From a virus (Duplodnaviria; Caudoviricetes), in IMG/VR virus record IMGVR_UViG_3300025653_000030, positions 10,500 through 74,499 of that record: a stretch of DNA of 64,000 nt. One strand, 5' to 3'. Under the pieces are notes generated by a model. That model ran no database searches. It was not told the origin of the DNA and saw only the letters and a program-made list of their open reading frames with translations. Position numbers and translations under genes: made by a program. Shown here piece after piece: positions 56,381 to 64,000 of the stretch (position 1 is its first letter; every line of letters begins with the position of its first letter).

Positions 56381-59300
56381 ATGATAATTAATAAAGTTTA
56401 TCACTTGGCAGATTTACATATTCGTAATCTCCAAAGACACAAAGAATACAGACAAGTATTCAAAAAATTCTTAAAACAAGTAAAAGAAGATAAAATCGAG
56501 GATTCCCTCATTTATATTGCTGGTGATATTGCTCATGCTAAAACTGAGATGTCACCCGAACTCGTACACGAAATTAGTTGGTTTCTCACCGAGTGTGCGA
56601 AGTTAAGAGAAACTGTGTTAATCACAGGTAATCATGATTGTAATTTAAATAATTCCCACAGACTAGATGTACTCACACCAATTATCGAAAATCTTGGAAA
56701 TAATCGAATTCATTATCTTCGTGATACTGGTATCTATAATATCCATAATCTTACTTTTGTTGTCTATTCTATATTGGATGACAAGGAAAATTGGCCTAAA
56801 GGAGATACCGTTGATGGAGAAAATAAAATCGTTTTATTTCACGGACCAGTAAACAAAGCCCAAACTGATATAGGCTATACCGTTTCTTCAAACTCATTTC
56901 AAGTAGATATGTTCGATGGATACGATATGGCCATGTTGGGTGATATCCATAAGAGACAAACATTCGGACCTGGTTATGAACACATTGCTTATGCAGGTTC
57001 AATGATTCAACAGAATCATGGTGAGTTATTAGAGAATCATGGTTATTTACTTTGGGATATTCCAACACGAACTTTTACAGAACACCATATCCACAATGAT
57101 TATGGATTCTTAACAGTTGATGTAGTTGATGGTAAGATACCTCAATGGGTGTATGATGAAGTTGGTACTAAACTTCCAAAGTATCCAAGATTAAGATTGA
57201 GATTCACAAGAACAGAAGCAAGTGATATGAAGAGAAGAATAACTGAACTAAAGAAGTTATTCAAAGTTGCTGAAGTTACTGTAACGAGAACCGATACAAT
57301 CGGACAACTAAAAACAAATCAAAAGGTAAATAAAAATATTGTTGGTGATGTTAAAAACGAAACTTTCCAAAACCAACTCATCAGAGATTACTTAGAAAGA
57401 CAGTATCTATTAGAAGATGAAGAGTTAGATAGGATTGCGGAAATCAACTCAGAGTTAAATGGACAGATAGATGATTCAGATTCAGCAGGTAACATCTTAT
57501 GGACACCTAAAGAGTTTGAGTTCTCTAATATGTTCTCTTATGGTGAAGGTAACAAAGTAAGGTTTAATAAGGCTCAAGGTATCGTTGGTATCTTCGCTCC
57601 AAATGCCTCTGGTAAATCCTCTCTCTTCGATGCATTATCATTTTGTATATATGATAAGACTTCTCGTACAAACATCTCTAAGAACATCTTAAACAACCGT
57701 AAAACGAACTTCTATTGTAAGTTTAACTTCGAGATAGATGGAATTGATTATTATATTGAAAGAAGAGCCAAATATGTTAGAAAACAAACATCGGTTAAAG
57801 TAGATGTAGATTTTTGGAGAGATAACAATGGAGTTATAGAATCACTCAATGGTGAACAAAGAAAAGATACTAATAAAGAAATAGAAAAGTACTTAGGTAA
57901 GTTCGAGGATTTTGTTTTAACTGCACTATCCTTACAAGGAAATAATGCACTATTCATTGATAAATCACAATCGGAAAGAAAAGAAATCTTATCTCAATTC
58001 ATTGGTGTAAACATCTTTGATAAATTATATCAAAAGGCTGCTGATGAGAATAGAGACAATGCAACACTTATCAGAAAATTTAAGAGTGATGATTTTACGA
58101 CAAAATTAGCTCAAATCGACACTGATTTAAAAACAAACAAAAACGAATATAAGTTGTTAGAGGTTTCTCAAAAATCTTTAAAGGACGAAGAAGATGTATT
58201 GAACAAAAGGATTATATCCCTAAACGAGAAAATCGTTAAGTTGAATGCTGATAGTGGAGTTTCAATCGAAGAGTTAGAAAAAAGATTGAAAAACCTCGAA
58301 ACCAAAAAGGATGGGGTTTCAACCACAAAAGGTTCGGTTCAAGAAAGAATCACCTTTAGAGAAGAACAACAAATTACTTTAGAAGAAATCTTAGATAAGT
58401 TTGATGAAGAAGATTTAGAAGAAGGAATTACAAAATTAAAAAGATTAAGAAAAGATTTATCTAACATTGATTCTGAAATAGAAAAAATTAATATTAAGTT
58501 AGAATCTTTATACGAAAGAAAACAGCACTTAGATTCACACAAATACAATGAAGAGTGTGATATCTGTATGGAAAATTCTAAATCTATTTTAGATACAAAA
58601 TCTGAAGTAGAATCAAAGATAAAGGAGTTGGAAGAATCTTTACAACACAATGAAAAAGAAAAGTTAGATTTAAACATTGAGATTGATTCTTTGAAAGGAT
58701 ATGAAGATGAGTGGGATAAGTATAAAGATGCTAAAGATAAAGAGGATAAATTAGATAGAGAAATATCCCAACTTATCAACAAGTTATCAACAACCGAAAC
58801 TGAAGAAATCCGATTAGATACACAAATTGCTCAACAGCAACAACTTATCGAAGAATATTATAAGAATGAGAAACAAATTCAGAAGAATAAAGAAATCAGA
58901 GATGAGATTAGTGGAGTAAGAGAAAAACTTACAATTATTAAGGATGAACTCAAAGGAGTAAATACAGATATCCTTAAGTTAAATGGTAAAGTTTCTGCTC
59001 TTCAAAATCAAAAAGAAACAATCGAAGATAGAATTAATGAAGTAAAAGAATTAGAATCACAAAGTAGATTGTTTGATTTCTATCTGAATGCATTATCTAA
59101 AGATGGTGTATCTTATGAATTGATTGAAAAGGCATTACCAATGATTGAAGGTGAGGTAAATAATATCTTAGCTCAAATCGTAGAGTTTGGAATGCAATTA
59201 GAGATTGATGGTAAGAACATTAATGCTTACTTAGTGTATGGAGACCAAAGATGGAGTTTGGAAATGTGTAGTGGTATGGAAAGATTTATTAGTGGTTTAG

Positions 59301-59539
59301 CAATTAGAGTTGCTTTAATCAATGTATGTAATCTACCAAGACCTAATTTCCTTGTGATAGATGAAGGATTTGGTACATTAGATAGTGAGAACCTACAATC
59401 TTTATTTATGTTGTTTACATATCTTAAAACTCAGTTTGATTTCGTTATGATTATTTCACATATCGATTCAATGAGAGATGTTGTAGATGGTCTTATTGAG
59501 ATAAAGAAAGAAAAAGGATTTTCCCAAGTTAAGTTTTAG
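56381..59539 (+). CDS. fused SbcD/Mre11 nuclease - SbcC/Rad50 ATPase (gp47-gp46-like)
   Basis: HLADLH, GDIAH, GNHD, GDIH; Walker A APNASGKSS; zinc hook CDIC; CSGME; Walker B IDEGFGTLD; one continuous ORF. Confidence 0.92.
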   Translation: MIINKVYHLADLHIRNLQRHKEYRQVFKKFLKQVKEDKIEDSLIYIAGDIAHAKTEMSPELVHEISWFLTECAKLRETVLITGNHDCNLNNSHRLDVLTPIIENLGNNRIHYLRDTGIYNIHNLTFVVYSILDDKENWPKGDTVDGENKIVLFHGPVNKAQTDIGYTVSSNSFQVDMFDGYDMAMLGDIHKRQTFGPGYEHIAYAGSMIQQNHGELLENHGYLLWDIPTRTFTEHHIHNDYGFLTVDVVDGKIPQWVYDEVGTKLPKYPRLRLRFTRTEASDMKRRITELKKLFKVAEVTVTRTDTIGQLKTNQKVNKNIVGDVKNETFQNQLIRDYLERQYLLEDEELDRIAEINSELNGQIDDSDSAGNILWTPKEFEFSNMFSYGEGNKVRFNKAQGIVGIFAPNASGKSSLFDALSFCIYDKTSRTNISKNILNNRKTNFYCKFNFEIDGIDYYIERRAKYVRKQTSVKVDVDFWRDNNGVIESLNGEQRKDTNKEIEKYLGKFEDFVLTALSLQGNNALFIDKSQSERKEILSQFIGVNIFDKLYQKAADENRDNATLIRKFKSDDFTTKLAQIDTDLKTNKNEYKLLEVSQKSLKDEEDVLNKRIISLNEKIVKLNADSGVSIEELEKRLKNLETKKDGVSTTKGSVQERITFREEQQITLEEILDKFDEEDLEEGITKLKRLRKDLSNIDSEIEKINIKLESLYERKQHLDSHKYNEECDICMENSKSILDTKSEVESKIKELEESLQHNEKEKLDLNIEIDSLKGYEDEWDKYKDAKDKEDKLDREISQLINKLSTTETEEIRLDTQIAQQQQLIEEYYKNEKQIQKNKEIRDEISGVREKLTIIKDELKGVNTDILKLNGKVSALQNQKETIEDRINEVKELESQSRLFDFYLNALSKDGVSYELIEKALPMIEGEVNNILAQIVEFGMQLEIDGKNINAYLVYGDQRWSLEMCSGMERFISGLAIRVALINVCNLPRPNFLVIDEGFGTLDSENLQSLFMLFTYLKTQFDFVMIISHIDSMRDVVDGLIEIKKEKGFSQVKF
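56667..56852 (+). CDS. candidate overprinted single-pass membrane microprotein inside the nuclease domain (+1 frame)
   Basis: 61 aa, TM FIIFVILVSIISIILLLLSILYWM then RK; 21 consecutive T/C-ending host codons. Confidence 0.42.
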   Translation: MYSHQLSKILEIIEFIIFVILVSIISIILLLLSILYWMTRKIGLKEIPLMEKIKSFYFTDQ

Positions 59540-59693
59540 AAACCCTTAACACATTACTTGGTTTAGGTTGCTTAATTCTTTGTTTAATCAATCTTTCAAT
59601 CAATCCACTTTTAGTATATCCATTCTCACAACAATAATCATGCAGTTCTCTGTACAATTCTCTTTTTATTTGTATTGTAGTATATTTTCCCAT
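59529..59693 (-). CDS. ribbon-helix-helix (Arc/CopG-like) DNA-binding protein
   Basis: MGKYTTIQIKRELYRELHDYCCENGYTKSGLIERLIKQRIKQPKPSNVLRVSKT: strand TTIQI, helix, G-turn, helix; 54 aa, not in the track. Confidence 0.75.
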   Translation of the reverse strand: MGKYTTIQIKRELYRELHDYCCENGYTKSGLIERLIKQRIKQPKPSNVLRVSKT

Positions 59694-59740
59694 AATATAT
59701 AGATTTCTATATAATATATATTAACAAAAAATAATTCGAT

Positions 59741-59749
59741 ATATTTATA
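59741..59749 (+). promoter_or_regulatory. late-type promoter motif ATATTTATA
   Basis: Exact copy in the divergent gap between the RHH gene and 59771. Confidence 0.6.
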
Positions 59750-59770
59750 TAAAGAAATTAGGAAATTTTT

Positions 59771-62700
59771 ATGGCTATTATAAAATCATTTGCACCTTTT
59801 CTAAACCTATCAAACTTTCAAGTATTTGAAAATGATGATTTACCACAATCAGAATATTTCAGAATTACTGAATTAAATGAAACACTTACTGGTGGTAAGA
59901 ATGGGTTTTTAATAGAAGGTTCTGAACATCTAAAAGAATCTACTGAAGTTAAGATAGAAATACTTGATGTAGAAGGAAATCCTATTTACTTTGAACCTGG
60001 TGATGGAACACCTGAATATTACGAAGGTAATTCAAAATTAATTGCTGTTCATGTTTATGATGATACTCCAATTGGTATTGGTAAAATTACAGTACTTGGT
60101 GAATTAAAAACTTATCTTGGAGAAAATGATGCGGTAACTGATATACCAAGTGAATGGCAGGGTGTTTACAATGTTAAGTGGGAAAGAAGTATTCAAGTAA
60201 ATAAAAATCTTTCTAATGAAACAATTGTAAGATTTTATAAAAGACCTGTTGTTACAATAGATGAAATTGTAAAACCAATAATAACAAAAACAATTCCACA
60301 AGTAACACAAACAGGTAGTTTATCTGGTATTCCTTTAAACCCACCATTCGGAACAGATTTAAGAACATGGAGAGCAGGAATACAATATAGATTAAGAATC
60401 AATGATGGACCAACATGGTCATCTTCGGTTGATGAAAATATAGTTTCTGTACCATCATTAGGATATAGTGCAAAAATTAGAGAGATATTAAGTAAAACAG
60501 ATGTAGTAGTTGATACTCCATATACGGCAAGTGATAATACAGTAACAACACTTCCTTCATCTGATTATTCAGTAACTTTTGATAACAAAGAAGCAAAGGT
60601 AATCGGAGAATCAGCATTGACTGGTTCGTTTGCAAAGATGAACTTTTCAAATCTTAAAACATTTGTTGGTGATGTTGCAAGAGTAAAAGTATTTAGAAAA
60701 TCAAGAAATGCTGTTGGTGATTTTCAATTTGTACAAGAATCAAAATTAGAATCATCAGAATTACTTAGAGATATTACAACTTCACAAGATACTGAATTAT
60801 CTTATGGATTGTTTGATGCTTATAACTTAGAAACTTATTGGGTAACCTCTTCAGAAGACCATCCTGTATCTATTGATAATGATGTTTTGATGGCATCTGT
60901 GAAAACAGATTATAATGAATCTTCTGGTGGAACTCAAACTATATCAACAAGTGGTAGTTTCAGTATATCTAAAGATGTAGAATACACACTTAACTTTAGA
61001 ACTTTATTAAGTGGTGCTCTTGATGATAGTGGTAAATCTGTTAGAGCTTATTTTAGTGGTTCTAATTATGAACAAAACTTTTTAACTGCAAGTGGTTCTG
61101 CAATTTATCGTGCAAGACAAAGCCTCACACAAAATATATTAGCAACAAATACAGTAGATGATGTTCATCTTAAGTTTGATATATCTGGTTCAGATTGGTA
61201 TATATCAAATGTATCTTTAAAAAATGCACAAGATACTTCATTCTCACCAGATGAATTTACTTTGATTCAAGATATTCCAAGAAAGTTAGCAGTTGAATCA
61301 TTTGATTTTAAATTTGAATTTTATGATATCAACAACAACTATATTCCTGTTGATGTTCTTGCTACAAAAGAATTTGATGGTGGTAATGATTTCCCAACAA
61401 GTGGACAATTATTAACATTCGAATCGGATAGAAATGCATTTAGATTTATAAGTGGTTCTGTTCAGAATCCTGAAAACCAAACAATTAAATTTTCTTTAAC
61501 ACGAGCAAACTTAACAGGTTCAGTAACATTTGCATCTTCTGCATTTGATATTGCTGGTAATTTCTTAGACCCATCCGATTATACTGTTTATCCTGGTGCT
61601 TTAACATCGGTATCACCTGCAGGTGCTTTAATTACAATAGATAACTTTACTGGTTCGAGAGTAGATGGTAGTGAATCACCATATGTTGGTTCTGTTGTTT
61701 ATACTGCATCATTAGAAGATTTAGAAGAATTTGAAACGATATATAGATTAGAGGATGGTGAGAATGCACCTCAACTAATTGTAACTTCAAATGCAAATCA
61801 ATTTATTTATGAACCAACTACTTTATCTGCAAAACCACAAGGACAAAGTATTACTATAAATGCCAAAAGAAAAAACTTGGCATCATTCACAACACCAATA
61901 ACAGTAAACTCAGGTAGTGGTGCACCAGGAATATCAGGTTCTACTGATAATACAACTGGTGTTGATACATACACAATACATTCTGATTATTATTCTGCTT
62001 CATTTGCAGGAAGTACATTGGAAGAAGTAACTTATTCATTTACAGGTTCAGACCAATTTGGAATTGCATATTCAGATGAAGTAACAATATCACCTGTAAT
62101 AAACTTTGATGGAGTATCTCTTGTACTTTCAAATGAATCAACTGCATTTCCAGCCAAATCAACTGGTGAAGTTGAGGGTGGATTTGCTTCATCTAAAGGA
62201 AATGTTCAAATGTTTATTGGTGGAAATCAAATCACACATGATGATATTGGTGGTGGTAGAGCTAAAAACACATTTGATATAACATCTATAACTGGAGATA
62301 ATGTAACACCTGCGGAAACTTCACCAACTACAAACGAATATGGTATTTCGGCATTTGATAATTCTGCAAGTAGTGGTTCACTTACTTTGAATATAGAATA
62401 TCTTGCTGGTGATAATTCAACATCACAATCATTCCAAAAGGTTGTATCTTATTCAAAATCTAAAAAAGCAGTTCCAAATGTAGAAGTATTTGCACAACCA
62501 GCTGCTCAAACAATAAATGCAAATTCTGTTGGTAGTGGTTCGAGTACACCTGAAAATATTGTTGTTAAAGCAAAAGAGGGTAATACTGATAGATTTACAA
62601 GTATAGGAGCAGTAACTGGTAGTAATGGATTAACAACATCAGTTTCGAATGAAGTAATAACAATTACATCTACTGCATCTGATATGACAAGTGATACAGG

Positions 62701-64000
62701 TGTACTTCAGATTCCAATCAACTTTACAGATGGTGAAGGTACAAGTGGTAGTAAGTTGGTTGAAGTAACAGTATCAAGAGTAAGAGTTGGTACTCCAAAT
62801 GTTGAAGTATCAGTATCTCCTTCAGGTCAAACAATAGATGCAAATTCTGTTGGTAGTGGTTCTGTTTCACCACAAACAATTACTGTGAAAGCACTTGAAG
62901 GTGGTACAGATAGATTTACAAGTATTGGTAATCCAACTTTTAGTGGAGGATTGACTGGAAGTATTTCATCTAATACAATTACTTTTACAGATACTGCTTC
63001 AGATATGATATCTGATACAGAAACGATTTCAATTCCAATTAATTTTACAGATGGTGAAGGAACTACTGGTACTAAGACAATAGAGGCTAGTATTTCAAGA
63101 GTAAGAATTGGTACTCCAAATGTTGAAGTATCTGTACGACCTTCTGCACAAACTATTGATGGAAACTCACAAGGTAGTGGTTCTGTTTCACCACAACCAA
63201 TATTAGTAGCTGCAAGTGAAGGTGGTACAAGTAGATTTACTGGTTTTGGTACTATTGAATTTAGTGGAGGACTTTCAGGTACAGCAAATGCATTTAACGA
63301 ACTATCACCATCTGATGTGGATTATACATGGAGTCAAGCTACAACTGATACTAACCCTGGAACTGGTGGAATAAAATCAGTAGCAGGTAATGGAGCATCA
63401 ACATCTAATGCTCAATCAATTACTTCATTCAGAAGAATAAATATTGGTAGTGGTAATTTAAATACACTCCTTAGTTCAATTACTGGTTCTGTTGGTAGTG
63501 ATGGATATCACTATGTATTAAGAATAGAACATTCAGCCGGTGGTGGGAGATTTAAAGAATATGAAATAGAAGGAGTTACTGAAGTTAGTAATTGGTTTAG
63601 AGTAGATTTAGCAGCAAATTCTCATAGTGGTTCTATTGCATCTTATGGTTCATTTGTAAATAGTTCAACCGTACCGGTAACAATTAAAAGAAGAGCAAGT
63701 AATGTTATAGTATTCACCGATACAGCTAGTGATATGACATCTGATACAGAAACTATTACTATACCTGTAAACTTTACTGATAGTGAAGGAACTACTGGTA
63801 CTAAGACAGTTGAGGCAAGTATCACACGAACAAGAACTGCAACACCAGTTACAACAATATCTGCAAACCCACAAGCTCAATCAGTAGCATCTAATGCAAA
63901 TTTCAGTAGTGTTGGTACTCCAAGTGCAGTAACGATTAGTGTAAATGAAGGTGGTAGTGATTATACACACACAACTAATAATACTGTAAGTGCAAACGAA
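59771..64000 (+). CDS. large tail-fibre/adhesin-like virion protein (partial, runs off the window)
   Basis: ATG 59771 (MAIIKSFAPF…GGKNGFLIEGS…); the frame is still open at the last codon wherever I checked it, and the ORF is absent from the track, consistent with no stop; Ser/Thr/Gly-rich with 107-aa repeats. Confidence 0.8.
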   Translation, partial: MAIIKSFAPFLNLSNFQVFENDDLPQSEYFRITELNETLTGGKNGFLIEGSEHLKESTEVKIEILDVEGNPIYFEPGDGTPEYYEGNSKLIAVHVYDDTPIGIGKITVLGELKTYLGENDAVTDIPSEWQGVYNVKWERSIQVNKNLSNETIVRFYKRPVVTIDEIVKPIITKTIPQVTQTGSLSGIPLNPPFGTDLRTWRAGIQYRLRINDGPTWSSSVDENIVSVPSLGYSAKIREILSKTDVVVDTPYTASDNTVTTLPSSDYSVTFDNKEAKVIGESALTGSFAKMNFSNLKTFVGDVARVKVFRKSRNAVGDFQFVQESKLESSELLRDITTSQDTELSYGLFDAYNLETYWVTSSEDHPVSIDNDVLMASVKTDYNESSGGTQTISTSGSFSISKDVEYTLNFRTLLSGALDDSGKSVRAYFSGSNYEQNFLTASGSAIYRARQSLTQNILATNTVDDVHLKFDISGSDWYISNVSLKNAQDTSFSPDEFTLIQDIPRKLAVESFDFKFEFYDINNNYIPVDVLATKEFDGGNDFPTSGQLLTFESDRNAFRFISGSVQNPENQTIKFSLTRANLTGSVTFASSAFDIAGNFLDPSDYTVYPGALTSVSPAGALITIDNFTGSRVDGSESPYVGSVVYTASLEDLEEFETIYRLEDGENAPQLIVTSNANQFIYEPTTLSAKPQGQSITINAKRKNLASFTTPITVNSGSGAPGISGSTDNTTGVDTYTIHSDYYSASFAGSTLEEVTYSFTGSDQFGIAYSDEVTISPVINFDGVSLVLSNESTAFPAKSTGEVEGGFASSKGNVQMFIGGNQITHDDIGGGRAKNTFDITSITGDNVTPAETSPTTNEYGISAFDNSASSGSLTLNIEYLAGDNSTSQSFQKVVSYSKSKKAVPNVEVFAQPAAQTINANSVGSGSSTPENIVVKAKEGNTDRFTSIGAVTGSNGLTTSVSNEVITITSTASDMTSDTGVLQIPINFTDGEGTSGSKLVEVTVSRVRVGTPNVEVSVSPSGQTIDANSVGSGSVSPQTITVKALEGGTDRFTSIGNPTFSGGLTGSISSNTITFTDTASDMISDTETISIPINFTDGEGTTGTKTIEASISRVRIGTPNVEVSVRPSAQTIDGNSQGSGSVSPQPILVAASEGGTSRFTGFGTIEFSGGLSGTANAFNELSPSDVDYTWSQATTDTNPGTGGIKSVAGNGASTSNAQSITSFRRINIGSGNLNTLLSSITGSVGSDGYHYVLRIEHSAGGGRFKEYEIEGVTEVSNWFRVDLAANSHSGSIASYGSFVNSSTVPVTIKRRASNVIVFTDTASDMTSDTETITIPVNFTDSEGTTGTKTVEASITRTRTATPVTTISANPQAQSVASNANFSSVGTPSAVTISVNEGGSDYTHTTNNTVSANE
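62474..64000 (+). repeat. intragenic 321-nt (107-aa) Ig-like tandem repeats
   Basis: PNVEV…QTI.ANS.GSGS…TASDM.SDT…NFTD.EGT.G.K; units start at 62474, 62795, 63116 and 63845. Confidence 0.85.

Noticed and set aside
57560-57700. Pyrimidine-ending codon stretch in SbcC as a third nested gene
   Set aside because: The runs are short and C-rich, and the +1 frame gives only a 29-aa non-TM peptide; it shows that codon style alone can mimic part of the signal
3336-63880. Remaining minus-strand ORFs of the six-frame track
   Set aside because: All lie antisense to well-supported plus-strand genes and have low-complexity Ser/Leu/Phe-rich mirror-frame composition

Overview
A 64-kb, very AT-rich, almost entirely plus-strand segment of a large lytic myovirus-type phage. 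The host is most likely Bacteroidota/Flavobacteria, inferred from the promoter consensus, A-rich SD-less leaders and lipoprotein export signals. Positions 1-34 kb hold accessory and early functions: six tRNAs, dCMP deaminase, PhoH, 5'(3')-nucleotidase, Hsp20, UV endonuclease, SF2 helicase, ThyA, MetK, peptide deformylase, a gp55-like sigma factor, a lysozyme-like protein, and many glycan-modifying enzymes (GT2, GT25, GT10-like, SGNH, methyl-, carbamoyl- and cytidylyltransferases, 2OG-Fe(II) oxygenase, radical SAM). Positions 34.4-53 kb are a baseplate/tail module (gp5-, gp25- and gp6-like). Positions 53-59.5 kb encode a sulfotransferase, a GIY-YIG protein, primase and a fused SbcD-SbcC. A large repeat-containing tail-fibre-like gene runs off the right end. 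Two promoter classes are visible: TTGG-N17-CGTATATTT (8 copies) and ATATTTATA (at least 11 intergenic copies). The most unusual observations are a permuted ATP-grasp-like/tandem-Hint protein followed by a 52-aa peptide and a GNAT; two single-pass membrane microproteins apparently overprinted (+1 frame) inside the primase and nuclease genes; an ORF bracketed by two tRNAs and a 12-bp inverted repeat; a lone antisense ribbon-helix-helix gene missed by the ORF track; and apparent avoidance of GATC. All family assignments come from motif recognition by eye; no searches were run.
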